Shown here: positions 41,844 through 51,649 of the stretch, one piece after another
How positions within the stretch are numbered: position 1 is the first letter of the stretch
How the letters are laid out: each line of letters starts with the position of its first letter
Assembly (NCBI GenBank): GCA_910584525.1
Contig: CAJUAT010000005.1
Coordinates: 5,023-69,022, forward strand
Direction of reading: 5' to 3'
Origin: an uncultured Muribaculaceae bacterium
Lineage (GTDB): Bacteria > Bacteroidota > Bacteroidia > Bacteroidales > Muribaculaceae
DNA length: 64,000 nucleotides
Program-made: the position numbers and the translations under genes
Notes under the pieces: model-generated
Databases searched by the model: none
What the model was told of the DNA's origin: nothing
What the model saw: only the letters and a program-made list of their open reading frames with translations

Positions 41844-42284
41844 TTATTCGGTTTCGCCAAGGCTCTCGAAGTCCTCCTCGAAGTCCTCTATGCTGTCGTA
41901 CGACGATGCCACGTCATTCTCAATCTCCATGTCGGAGAGCATATTGTCGGGCACATAAAAACTCTCGCTCTGCGCCGCCTGGTCCATAAGCAGGGCTATC
42001 TGCTGCGGCGGATTGTCGAGATTGATGGATTCCGTTTTCATAAACCGTCCGAACACGTTCATCATCAGCCATATGCCGCCGAACATCGCCGCCAGATAAA
42101 CATATGGCTTCAATTTCTGCCAGCGCGTCATCTCCACATGCCTCTCTATTGCCGCCATCTCCGGCAACGATGTTAGCACCTTATCTGTCACGGAGTCAAA
42201 ATAGTTGTCGGGAACCCGCATATGCAAGTCCCGGCCAAACTTCCTCTCAAGCTCCTTCTCAGCTATATCATATTTGTCCGACAT
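41844..42284 (-). CDS. Putative anti-sigma factor (single TM helix)
   Basis: VPDNYFD motif, YLAAMFGG TM helix, acidic C-terminus; ECF-cluster context. Confidence 0.65.
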   Translation of the reverse strand: MSDKYDIAEKELERKFGRDLHMRVPDNYFDSVTDKVLTSLPEMAAIERHVEMTRWQKLKPYVYLAAMFGGIWLMMNVFGRFMKTESINLDNPPQQIALLMDQAAQSESFYVPDNMLSDMEIENDVASSYDSIEDFEEDFESLGETE

Positions 42285-42392
42285 TACCTATCAATTATTA
42301 CAAATCTACTTACTCCGACATTCCTACCGCGCATAGGTTTAATCGGCCATTCAATTTTTCGCACCACCCGTGTGATACAAAAAAGAGTTGTG

Positions 42393-43832
42393 TCAGAGTT
42401 TGATGAGGCCTGTGGCATAGGCGGCGACGGATGCTGCCGAAAGGAGGGCCAGCAGGATGCATACGGTCAGTTCGCCGGCCGTGAAGTAATGCTTCCACGA
42501 TGATGCCCTGCTGAGCACGATGCCATAGTACCTGTTTTTCTCCTTGCCGGCAGTGATATAAAATCCGGTGCCGGCGAGATAGAACACCGATGTGGCCATA
42601 AGAGTAGGTCCCGCGGAATAGAGCATCCATACGCAGGATATGGAGCAAATGATAGCCACCGGCAACGACTTGCGGAGCCCGTGGGCGTTGGCAATCCCTA
42701 ATTTTATGAGATAGAGGGCAGAGAAGAGATAGCATGGAAGCACCATCATGCCTGTAATCTGGAGGGCTGCCATATACACATCGTCGCTCATGGCCACGAT
42801 TATCAGGAACACCGACATGGCAACGCTCGACACGCGGAGGCCGAAAGCGGGCATGTCATGGCTGTTGAGCTTCTTGAAACGCTTGGGGAATATGCCCGTA
42901 TTCGCCGCCTCCATAGGCACCTGCGCGCATACCATGGTCCATGACACCCATGAGCCGGCCACCGACAGTATCACCGTGACGATTACCGTCCAGTATGCCC
43001 AAGGGCCGCAGCATTCACGCAGCAGATAGGCCACCGACGGGTCCTCGAGATTACTCAGCTGCATCCTGTCGAGTATGCCGAAGCTCAGCACCGACACAAG
43101 GGCATAAAGGATCCAGGCCGTACCGAAACCAATTACTCCGGCTCTGCTGACATCGCGGGGCTTGCGCGCTCGCGCCGACATCATGACCGCCCCCTCGATG
43201 CCTATGAAGCACCACAGCGTCACCAGCATCGTATCGCGAACCTGCGTAGTAAGGTCGCCGAAGCCGGCGAATCCGGGCCATGACTCCCCGGCCACCGGTA
43301 GCCGGAACCATATCGACAGCAATATGATGATCAGCAATATCGGCACTATCTTCAGCACCGTCATGATGTTGTTGAGCTGCCGGGCCGTCTTCAACCCTCC
43401 CGACACCAGGAAGTACATCCCCCATATGAACGCGAGGCCGAAGAGCACCATCTTCCAGTCGTGGTGCAGCAAGGATGGAAAGAAAGAGCCGAAAGCGTCG
43501 TTGAGCATCACGGCATAAGCCACATTGGCGAAGCATACGCACAGCCAGTAGCCCCAGGCCATCAGAAAACCGGCATAACGGCCGAAGCCGGCACGCGCGT
43601 ATTCATAGATGCCTGCGTTAAGTTCAGGACATTTCAGACTCAGCTGACGGAAAGTATATACCAGCGAGAGCATTGCGGCGGCCGTGATACCCCAGGCCAC
43701 CATGCTCGCGGCAAGACCGGAACTCGACGCTATGTTCTGCGGTATGTTGAAGATACCGGAACCTACCATCATGCTGAAAACCATGGCACTGAGCCCACCC
43801 AATCCTAATTTGCGGACAGGTCCTCCGGTCAT
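42393..43832 (-). CDS. Basic amino acid/polyamine antiporter (ArcD-like, APC superfamily)
   Basis: SMMVGSGIFNIPQN, GIYEYARAGFG, TMLVTLWCFIGIEGA. Confidence 0.88.
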   Translation of the reverse strand: MTGGPVRKLGLGGLSAMVFSMMVGSGIFNIPQNIASSSGLAASMVAWGITAAAMLSLVYTFRQLSLKCPELNAGIYEYARAGFGRYAGFLMAWGYWLCVCFANVAYAVMLNDAFGSFFPSLLHHDWKMVLFGLAFIWGMYFLVSGGLKTARQLNNIMTVLKIVPILLIIILLSIWFRLPVAGESWPGFAGFGDLTTQVRDTMLVTLWCFIGIEGAVMMSARARKPRDVSRAGVIGFGTAWILYALVSVLSFGILDRMQLSNLEDPSVAYLLRECCGPWAYWTVIVTVILSVAGSWVSWTMVCAQVPMEAANTGIFPKRFKKLNSHDMPAFGLRVSSVAMSVFLIIVAMSDDVYMAALQITGMMVLPCYLFSALYLIKLGIANAHGLRKSLPVAIICSISCVWMLYSAGPTLMATSVFYLAGTGFYITAGKEKNRYYGIVLSRASSWKHYFTAGELTVCILLALLSAASVAAYATGLIKL

Positions 43833-44395
43833 AGTTCTTCGGCTTCTATGGCGGCGGTGATCTTCTTCAGGGCATGGTGATACGAGGCTTTCAGGGCGCC
43901 TACCGACGTGCCTAACACTGCCGACATGTCATCATACTTCATCTCATCGTAATACCGCATGTTGAACACCAGACGTTGCTTCTCGGGGAGCGCCATGATG
44001 GCTTTCTGCAGCTTCTTCTGCAGCTCGTCGCCGTCGAAATAGGGGTCGCTCTCCAAAGTGGACATAAGGTAGTCGTCCTCGCCGTCGCCCATGATATTGC
44101 GGCGCTGTCGCTCCTTGTTCAGAAAATTTATCGATTCGTTGACGGCTATCTTATAGAGCCATGTCGAGAGCTTCGCGTCGCCACGGAAATTGTGCAGATT
44201 GCTCCATGCCTTCATGAAGCTCTGCTGCAAAAGGTCGTTGGCATCGTCATGACTGTAAACCATCTTGCGGATAAGCCAATAGAGTTTCTCTCCGTACATT
44301 TCCATCAACGTACGGAACGCCTCGTTGGCGGTAGCCGGGTCTTGCAGCCGCTCCACCAACGCCTTCTCATCTATGGGCGCATTATATCCCTTCAC
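43829..44395 (-). CDS. ECF RNA polymerase sigma factor
   Basis: DANDLLQQSFMKAW, STWLYKIAVN, LPEKQRLVF, GTSVGALKASYH; GTG at 44395 preferred because TAATTTTG at 44451-44444 overlaps the upstream TTG. Confidence 0.93.
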   Translation of the reverse strand: MKGYNAPIDEKALVERLQDPATANEAFRTLMEMYGEKLYWLIRKMVYSHDDANDLLQQSFMKAWSNLHNFRGDAKLSTWLYKIAVNESINFLNKERQRRNIMGDGEDDYLMSTLESDPYFDGDELQKKLQKAIMALPEKQRLVFNMRYYDEMKYDDMSAVLGTSVGALKASYHHALKKITAAIEAEEL

Positions 44396-44522
44396 TTCGT
44401 ATGCCTTGACTTTTAAGCCGTCGAAACGACTTCTTTTAAGGTTCAAAATTAAGCAAATAATTCAAGTTGCGCAAACGAAATGCGGTAAGCCGCCTCGGGA
44501 AAGGCTGGCGAGGCCATGATTT

Positions 44523-45185
44523 TCACCATTCGAAACTTACGTTGGCACCCAGACCGTTGAGCACTACCGACGACTGATAGCCCGACCAGTAGTCGGAGGT
44601 GATCAGCCGGTAATGCACGCCGATATTGAGGGCCTGCTTGGCATTGGCCGGGTTCACCGGGATTCGCACACCTATGGATGGTTGCAGGTAGAAATAGGCG
44701 GTGTTGGTGAGATAGCCGTCGCGTATCTTCACATAATCGTCGGTACATAGGAAAGCGGCTCCCACCTTCAGGTCGGCGAAGAAGGAGGGTTTCTTCCAGC
44801 TGCCCGCCTTGAAGCGGAAATCGGTGAATATAGGAATCATCACCGCCCTGGAGGTATACGACTGGCGGTTCCAGTCGGGGCCGTTCCACCCGGCGTCCCA
44901 TCCGGGACCTACCTGCGACCAGAACACATCCACACCCAGACCGGCTCCCATGTATAACCAGTCGGTCAGCTGATATCCCTGCGATGTGGTGAATGTGACG
45001 GAGTTGGTACGATAGCGCCCTACCCCCTGTGTATAATCCACCTCTACATTGCCTCGGTAGCTCTTCGACCCCGACACCGCCGGCATCAACACGTTGGCTA
45101 TACCATTGGCTATATCCGAATACTGTGCCCGGACACCCATACAGGCTGCCAGCGAACATATGATAAGTATTATTCTTCTTCTCAT
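44523..45185 (-). CDS. Small outer-membrane beta-barrel protein
   Basis: Signal peptide MRRRIILIICSLAACMGVRA; alternating beta strands; C-terminal GANVSFEW. Confidence 0.8.
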   Translation of the reverse strand: MRRRIILIICSLAACMGVRAQYSDIANGIANVLMPAVSGSKSYRGNVEVDYTQGVGRYRTNSVTFTTSQGYQLTDWLYMGAGLGVDVFWSQVGPGWDAGWNGPDWNRQSYTSRAVMIPIFTDFRFKAGSWKKPSFFADLKVGAAFLCTDDYVKIRDGYLTNTAYFYLQPSIGVRIPVNPANAKQALNIGVHYRLITSDYWSGYQSSVVLNGLGANVSFEW

Positions 45186-45249
45186 AACAGTCACTTTACC
45201 GATATAACAAACAACAAACCGGAAATGATGAATGGCGAGGTGGGGTATA

Positions 45250-45345
45250 TATACGAAAGAAGCCGGTTTCACAACCAGCTGCTTTCAGGTGTTTTTCATA
45301 ATACTTTTTCGAACTAACCTAACATCATGAAACGATTTCTTATAC
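45250..45345 (-). ncRNA. Candidate small RNA
   Basis: ECF-like promoter GAAC-N16-CGTT upstream; terminator-like hairpin AGCTGGTT-GTGA-AACCGGCT-TCTTT; no meaningful ORF. Confidence 0.4.
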
Positions 45346-45417
45346 CTCTATAACGCAGCATCTCGGAAAATGTTCTGAAAAAAGCCGAGAATCTTCAAAA
45401 AAATTTTTTATCGGCAT

Positions 45418-45458
45418 GAAAACAGGCTGTGTCGGGGGTGCCGGCACAGCCTGTTTTT
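45418..45458. terminator. Terminator after the pilin-like genes
   Basis: AAAACAGGCTGTGTCGG...CCGGCACAGCCTGTTTTT. Confidence 0.8.
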
Positions 45459-45520
45459 ATAGGTTTGGGATGCTTAAGAAACTGTTTTAAGACTCTGTTC
45501 CCTAAGCAAGCTCCTTTGAA

Positions 45521-48241
45521 TTATTTGACCTGGTAGGGGAAAGAGTAAGTCACGCCATCCAAGGTTATGGAAGCGGCAGGGTCGAGAGTGAGCAGCGAAT
45601 GTCCGTTGCCGATGGTGAAGCCACCCGTTGTACGGTTCATATAGGCGCCATTGACGATAAGCTGCGACGCGCCGGCTCTGCATATGGAGTTGGAAGCGTT
45701 GCTGCCATCGTAATAGTAACCGCCGTTTACAGTCACCTTGCAATATTTGGAGTAAGATGTTGTTGCTCCTGTGCAGAGAGGATGACCAGTGCTTGTACTG
45801 GTCTTTATGAAGTAGCCGCCATTAACTGTGCCGTCCACATTTCCTTCGAAACGAACGCAGCTTGTACCCATGAATGTACCACCGTTGATAACTGCCTTAT
45901 GACGCACACTTTGGGATCCTCCAAATATATTCAGCGCATAGTTGTTGTGGGTTATGACTGTGCCACCATTGATTTCGGCATGCTTGGATTCAGTCTCATT
46001 AGCCCAGTTCAATGTCAACGCATCCGAATTATTGGCTGTATTCTCGACAGTGCCGCCATTCATTATGAAATGGCCGTTAGTGTTGACGGCGTTTGAGTGT
46101 TGTGCAGATGTAGAACGGATTGTACCATCATTCACAACGATGGTGGAATTCGGGTCTCCGCAAATGGTGAATCCGTCAGATGTCACTACACCGTCCTGAC
46201 CGTCGATTGTCAGCTTGACGCCGTTGCCAACCCTAAGAGCACCGCCTGGAATTGTTACTGTATAGTTGCCGAGGTCAATCACGGTATTCTCTGTCAGTGT
46301 GATGCTTCCCGACGGGATGGTTATATCGCCGCCTATCACGATACTTCCACCTTTCTGCAGTTCCGTGACCAAGGTTTCAACGTCTGTCACCGTCTCGGGA
46401 TATACCACCCTAACTCCTGAGGCATTGTTGTTGCTATAGGTCATGTAGCTGGCGTTCTTTTCACCAGTCACCTCGCCAATCAACGAGCCGGCAGCGATGC
46501 CATTGTAATTGTGCGTGAGAATCTGCGTCACTACTCCGCCCTGTACAAAGTTGTTATCAACAACTTTTCTGGAGCTCTCATATCCAAAGTTGATAAGGCC
46601 GAACATACCTCCTACATGACGATAGCCTGTGATTTCGACATTGGAGGCTCTGTTGTTTCGGAGATAATAACCGCCTTCGCACGACATTCCGCAAATGGCG
46701 CCCGCTTTGTCGGCATTGTCCCATTCGGTGCCAAGATTCTGGAAGGATGATTCGATTTTTATGTTCTCCACATTACATCCTTCGATATTGCCATAAGCTC
46801 GACCGGCTATGCCGCCCGACCAGCGGTACGACTTTATGTCGGCGTTGCGCACGGTCACATTCTTCACAATGCCGTTGGGGAAGATGTCACCCACTACCAC
46901 GGCTGTACCGTTGTTCGTGCCGTTGGCGGCAACACCAAGCGAATTTACCGTTGCTCCGTCTATCGTAAACTCGCGGATTTCAGGAAGCGGCCGCGCATTG
47001 GAACCGAAATATCCGAAGAGACCGAGACCGGTGTTGTCCTTTCCGCTCACGAGTTTGAGATTGGATATGGTATGTCCGTCGCCGTCGAATGTGCCGGCAA
47101 ATATGATACTGCTGTTGCCTATCGGAGTCCAGGGACGGTTGTTGAGGTCAAGATCGGCAGCCAGTTTCACGGTCTTGCCGGCCATGTTGTCGCCGTCGTT
47201 GACAAGCTTGGCGATACCGGCAAGCTCTGCGGGCGTGGTGATGGTGTAAACACCGTCAACCTCCGTAGGCAGCGTCACATCGCCGAGCCATATATTTTCG
47301 CCGCCAACATACTGCTTGTCGAGCGATATCTTCCAGTTGGTAGGATCGGTCAGAAGAGAGCCGTAGATATTGGTACGGTAATTTCTCTGCACCGGCGCAT
47401 TGGGAATCTCCACCGACTGCATCGGGGTTGTGGCAGATTTGCTGTTTGCTACATTAAACGTCACATCGACAAGAGTCTGGGTCTTGGGAACAAGCACGTA
47501 AAGCGTGGACGCATACTCATATCCCGTAATAGGGAATGTGCCCATATTATTTGCTCCACTTTTGTATACTCTCTTGTAGGGAAGGTTTATCTCCACCTCT
47601 TCCTCGACATCACCTGTTATGAGGTTAAGCTTGCTATAGGCTTTTGTGGATATTGATGTGTATATAGTGCTATATACATGCTGCACGGCATCGGCCTTGA
47701 GGTCGTTGCTGCCGATGTTAATCTGAGCGGTGGGACGGGTGAGAGTCACAGTCTCCTGTGTGCTGCTGCCGCCTTCATAACCGTTTACCACGGCATGGAA
47801 GAAGTCGTTATTGGCGCAGTAATCCGACATGCCGGAACCGCCGTTCATATTGGAATAGTCTACGGTCAAGGTATGAGCCTCCCAATCCGGACTCAACAAT
47901 CCAATATTCTTCTCATTTGAATTCTTGGCGAAGAATACTATGTCGTAGGTCTTGCCGGGGACGAGCTTCAGCTCTATGGCTGCACTGTTGTCGGTAACAG
48001 TGGCTTTGTCCTCGATCAGCAGATTCCCGCTTTCGTCATACACGCCATAATCGACTTTTGTAACCTTGAGTACATAGTCGGAGGCGGCACGAGTGCCGGG
48101 CTTTGCCTCCAGGTTCACGCTGAACGATACCGTTCCGTCGCCTTTGGGATTGTCGGGAGTGAGGTCATCGCTGCACGATACCATCGTCCCTCCCAACAGA
48201 CACGCACAAAGCGCGCCTGCCATTATTTTTCTTATATACAT
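45521..48241 (-). CDS. DUF6562-like / type V pilin-like lipoprotein with GLUG-like and beta-helix C-terminal domains
   Basis: Lipobox MVSC-SDD; TRA site; LTRPTAQINIG; APVQRNYRTNIYGSLLT; WTPIG..FAGTFDGDGHTISNL. Confidence 0.75.
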   Translation of the reverse strand: MYIRKIMAGALCACLLGGTMVSCSDDLTPDNPKGDGTVSFSVNLEAKPGTRAASDYVLKVTKVDYGVYDESGNLLIEDKATVTDNSAAIELKLVPGKTYDIVFFAKNSNEKNIGLLSPDWEAHTLTVDYSNMNGGSGMSDYCANNDFFHAVVNGYEGGSSTQETVTLTRPTAQINIGSNDLKADAVQHVYSTIYTSISTKAYSKLNLITGDVEEEVEINLPYKRVYKSGANNMGTFPITGYEYASTLYVLVPKTQTLVDVTFNVANSKSATTPMQSVEIPNAPVQRNYRTNIYGSLLTDPTNWKISLDKQYVGGENIWLGDVTLPTEVDGVYTITTPAELAGIAKLVNDGDNMAGKTVKLAADLDLNNRPWTPIGNSSIIFAGTFDGDGHTISNLKLVSGKDNTGLGLFGYFGSNARPLPEIREFTIDGATVNSLGVAANGTNNGTAVVVGDIFPNGIVKNVTVRNADIKSYRWSGGIAGRAYGNIEGCNVENIKIESSFQNLGTEWDNADKAGAICGMSCEGGYYLRNNRASNVEITGYRHVGGMFGLINFGYESSRKVVDNNFVQGGVVTQILTHNYNGIAAGSLIGEVTGEKNASYMTYSNNNASGVRVVYPETVTDVETLVTELQKGGSIVIGGDITIPSGSITLTENTVIDLGNYTVTIPGGALRVGNGVKLTIDGQDGVVTSDGFTICGDPNSTIVVNDGTIRSTSAQHSNAVNTNGHFIMNGGTVENTANNSDALTLNWANETESKHAEINGGTVITHNNYALNIFGGSQSVRHKAVINGGTFMGTSCVRFEGNVDGTVNGGYFIKTSTSTGHPLCTGATTSYSKYCKVTVNGGYYYDGSNASNSICRAGASQLIVNGAYMNRTTGGFTIGNGHSLLTLDPAASITLDGVTYSFPYQVK

Positions 48242-48259
48242 TGTGCTGTTGTTCTGTGG

Positions 48260-50242
48260 TTAGTTTTTAAAAGGATTTGCTGTATCGCTGCCTTCGGCAA
48301 CCTTGACTCTTACAAGGCTGAATCCATGACCATTGCCGTTAAGCAAGGTGTTCTCCTTAACTGTCACCAAAGCCGCATCGGCATTCTCCGCTGCATTTAC
48401 AATGAGTATGCCGCAGGGTTCTGTACCGTCAAAATTAATGCAACCATCCATATCCACAGTGTTGCCATTGACTGTGATATTGTTGCCGTTGGCTGAGTTC
48501 TTAATACGAATGCAGTTCTCCATTGAATGTACATTGTTGCCGGTCACTACGATATTACCGCTTACGGCATCTACCTTAATGGCATCCTTGCGGGTATCTG
48601 CCACCTTGTTGTCGGTAACTGTCACGTTGGCTGTCGAACCTGCTCTCTGTACAATCTGGATGCCGCAATATCCGGGACGGTTGTTGATCTTGTTGCCAGT
48701 AACCACTACCTCACCCTCCACATCGTTGAGATAGAGTCCGTTGGCATATTCGTCAACATCATCGGCGAATGTCATGGTACAGTTCTTGACAGTCACATTC
48801 ACGTTGTGTTCGCTGTTTGTGTTTCCGCCTGTAAGCTGCGTACCCACGGCCGGATGTTTCAAATTCTCGAACACACAGCCGTCTATCACGAGGTTCTCTA
48901 CGCCGAAGCTGTACTGGTTGTTGAAACCGTAATCCTTGAAATGTACGCCCTGGAACGTCACGTTCTTCATCTTGGCGGGCTTTGCGAGAGTATTGTCGTA
49001 GAAGAAGCCGAAGTCGGGTGTACCCTCGCTGGATGTGGGGTCACCTATGATGGTGAGTCCGTCAATCTCTGCGCCGGCGGTGAAGCTGAACGAAGGATAC
49101 TTCACATCCTTGGCCACGATGATGGTCACGGGCTTGTCGGAGGCGCCGATGTTGAGCTTGCCAACCTCGCCGGAGATGGAGAGCGTCAGCGGCTGCTCAA
49201 GATTCGCAGGGATGGTGATGGCCTCCGTCTTGCCGGTAACGGCTACGTAGCCTCCCTTGGCTATCGTCTCGTCGGAAGGAACGCCGGTGATGTTGCTGCT
49301 GCCGTCCCACTGGTCGTTGATGTTGATGTTCCAGTTGGACGACTTGGTGAGCAACGAGCCGAATATGTTGGTACGGAAATTGCGTTTCAGGGGAGCGTTG
49401 GGCACCTTTACGGCGCTGACACTCGGCGACGCATTGCCGTTGAAGGCGCCGATCTGCAGGTCGCTTACCGACCCGTCGACAGGTACCAGTACATATGCCA
49501 TGCCTACATATTTATAGGTGTCCTCCTTCACCGGGAATGTCTCGCCGTCGAATGCGGCGGCTTCCGTCAGGGGGAAGTTTACGGCCTTTGTCTCGCCTTC
49601 GGCCTCACCCGTCTTAAGGTTGAGGGTGGTGAAAGCGTCGAGGGTTACCTGGGTGAACACGCCGTCGGGATATGCCTTGTCGATGATGGCTACGCCGGTA
49701 AGGTCGTCGGTACCGAAGTTAACCTGTGCCACGGGACGCGTCAGCGTCACATTCTCCTCAGATGATGAGCCGCCTACATAGTCGTCAACGAAAAAGTAGA
49801 AGCAGTCGCCGTCGGCCACTTTCTTCACGGTGCCAGCCTCGGTGGTGGTCTCTACCACGGCGTTCATCTTGGCATAGTCTATCGTCACCTTGCCCGTGTT
49901 TTCGTTGACGTCATAGACGCCATTGTCTGGATAGGCAAAGAATACGATGTCGTAGGTACGGTCTTTGAGGAGCTTGAGCTCCACATTGGCCTGCTGGTTG
50001 TCGGCTACGGTGACATTCTCACGGGTAACCAACACTCCTTTGTCGTCATAAACGATACATGCAAGGTTCTTGGCCGAAGCGCCGTCGGCTATGGCTCTCG
50101 TCTGAGGTGCGTCAGCGAGGGTTGCGGAAAATACCACTCTCCCGTCCTGGTTTACATTGACAGGTTCATCGCTCTGGCAGGAGGTCATACCCGCTGCAAG
50201 AACTGTCGCAAAGGCTCCGCAATAAAGAAGTCTTTTTCTCAT
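48260..50242 (-). CDS. DUF6562-like / type V pilin-like lipoprotein with beta-helix C-terminal domain
   Basis: Lipobox MTSC-QSDE; TRA site; LTRPVAQVNFG; APLKRNFRTNIFGSLLT; VxVxxN beta-helix repeats. Confidence 0.75.
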   Translation of the reverse strand: MRKRLLYCGAFATVLAAGMTSCQSDEPVNVNQDGRVVFSATLADAPQTRAIADGASAKNLACIVYDDKGVLVTRENVTVADNQQANVELKLLKDRTYDIVFFAYPDNGVYDVNENTGKVTIDYAKMNAVVETTTEAGTVKKVADGDCFYFFVDDYVGGSSSEENVTLTRPVAQVNFGTDDLTGVAIIDKAYPDGVFTQVTLDAFTTLNLKTGEAEGETKAVNFPLTEAAAFDGETFPVKEDTYKYVGMAYVLVPVDGSVSDLQIGAFNGNASPSVSAVKVPNAPLKRNFRTNIFGSLLTKSSNWNININDQWDGSSNITGVPSDETIAKGGYVAVTGKTEAITIPANLEQPLTLSISGEVGKLNIGASDKPVTIIVAKDVKYPSFSFTAGAEIDGLTIIGDPTSSEGTPDFGFFYDNTLAKPAKMKNVTFQGVHFKDYGFNNQYSFGVENLVIDGCVFENLKHPAVGTQLTGGNTNSEHNVNVTVKNCTMTFADDVDEYANGLYLNDVEGEVVVTGNKINNRPGYCGIQIVQRAGSTANVTVTDNKVADTRKDAIKVDAVSGNIVVTGNNVHSMENCIRIKNSANGNNITVNGNTVDMDGCINFDGTEPCGILIVNAAENADAALVTVKENTLLNGNGHGFSLVRVKVAEGSDTANPFKN

Positions 50243-50365
50243 TATGTTGCTTGTTTTATGTTGCTTTATTATGTCAGGTCGTAGATTCCGTTTTGTGCAT
50301 TGTTCGGAAAGTACGTTAGGTTATCATCAGTTATTCCCGAAGAGGGTGTTATACTGCTGCAACTG

Positions 50366-50396
50366 CAAAGTTAATCATTAAAACGCAAACTCCAAA
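50366..50396 (-). promoter_or_regulatory. sigmaA promoter of the pilin-like pair
   Basis: TTTG-N19-TAACTTTG. Confidence 0.65.
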
Positions 50397-50464
50397 AAAA
50401 ATATTTGATGTTTTCAAAAATATTCCGCTTCAAATACTTTTTCGGCGCGCAATTCGGCTGCGTC

Positions 50465-50524
50465 TTTTTGAATCACAGAAGTGAACCGGAACTGCACCGA
50501 GGGTTCACTTCTGTGATTCAAAAA
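50465..50524. repeat. Perfect 23-bp inverted repeat
   Basis: TTTTTGAATCACAGAAGTGAACC-N14-GGTTCACTTCTGTGATTCAAAAA. Confidence 0.9.
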
Positions 50525-50549
50525 AATCGATTCGGTTCTGTCGCTGACG

Positions 50550-51593
50550 TCACATGAAGTGCGAGTAGCAGAAGTCGGTGCACCATATCCAGAAGGGGCA
50601 GAAGCCGATGAAGAGTATCACCGACAAGGCCAGCGAGGATGTGGATGTGGAGACATACGTGTCATACTCGTCGGCGATGATGATTCCCGAGAATGCGGGA
50701 GGCAACGCGCCGGCTATCACCATCATGGCGAGGTTCTTCTCCCCCATCTTAAAGGCGAGACCCACAACGAGCAGCAATGCCGGCATCACAACCATCTTGA
50801 GGATACACCCTAAGATAGCCTGCCAGTTGATGCTGATCTTGAAGGATGAGAGCGTGATACCAGCGGCAAAGACTGCCATGGAGGCATTGGCACCCTTGAT
50901 AAGGTCGAAAGAGGGGCTGAGATAAGCGGGCCAGGGGATACCGGCCACTACCCAGATGACGGCGAGAATCGGTGCCCAGGCCACCGGCTGTTCCAGAGCA
51001 TGGAGCACAGCCTTCCAGCCACTCGGCCGCGAACTCTTGCCCGCAGCTCCACCACCGGCTGCCGCCGCTACGGTACCACCCTGCGACAACACTGCCGATG
51101 CCTGCTTCTTGTCGAGCGCACTGTTCAATAACGACAACCCCACAGGTATGCCCACGGCATTGACCACTATACCTACGATAGCTACCACCAGAGCCACGCC
51201 CGGGGTGTGTCCGAAAATCGGCTCCAATACCGCAAACCCGAGAAAACCGATGGTAGGTGAACCGTTTACCAACGCCATGATGGCCCCTTCGGCTCCTCCA
51301 AGTCCCTGCTTCCGGAAACAATAGGCATATATGAAATATACCCCCATAAAGCATGCCATGATCACTACCAGAGAAATCACAGTCAGCTTTATGTCCTCTA
51401 TAAGCATCTCCCTGTTGGCATCAACTATCGAGACAAACAAGGCTGCCGGCAAGGCGTAGTCGAGCACCACCTTGTTGAAGGCCTTCCCATCCTTGGCCGA
51501 GAAGATGTTCTTCTTGCCGGAGATATAGCCCGCAGCCATCACCACGATAATCGGAACTATGGCATACAGTATGATGTGTAGAAAATTACTCAT
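50550..51593 (-). CDS. AEC family transporter (YfdV-like, putative oxalate/formate transporter)
   Basis: FNKVVLDYALPAALF, GSPTIGFLGFAVL, ALPPAFSGIII; directly after oxc. Confidence 0.85.
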   Translation of the reverse strand: MSNFLHIILYAIVPIIVVMAAGYISGKKNIFSAKDGKAFNKVVLDYALPAALFVSIVDANREMLIEDIKLTVISLVVIMACFMGVYFIYAYCFRKQGLGGAEGAIMALVNGSPTIGFLGFAVLEPIFGHTPGVALVVAIVGIVVNAVGIPVGLSLLNSALDKKQASAVLSQGGTVAAAAGGGAAGKSSRPSGWKAVLHALEQPVAWAPILAVIWVVAGIPWPAYLSPSFDLIKGANASMAVFAAGITLSSFKISINWQAILGCILKMVVMPALLLVVGLAFKMGEKNLAMMVIAGALPPAFSGIIIADEYDTYVSTSTSSLALSVILFIGFCPFWIWCTDFCYSHFM

Positions 51594-51609
51594 AACCAAT
51601 AATTTTAAT

Positions 51610-51642
51610 TGCGGAGCCGGCTGTCATCGGGCCGGCTCCGCA
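51610..51642. promoter_or_regulatory. Intercistronic hairpin between oxc and the transporter
   Basis: TGCGGAGCCGGC...GCCGGCTCCGCA, no sense-strand U-tract. Confidence 0.5.
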
Positions 51643-51649
51643 GGTGTAT

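Noticed and set aside
42340..42385. Possible decayed duplicate of the ECF sigma 3' end (..TATCAC..AAAATTGAA..GATTAA)
   Set aside because: The similarity is too short and frameshifted to support
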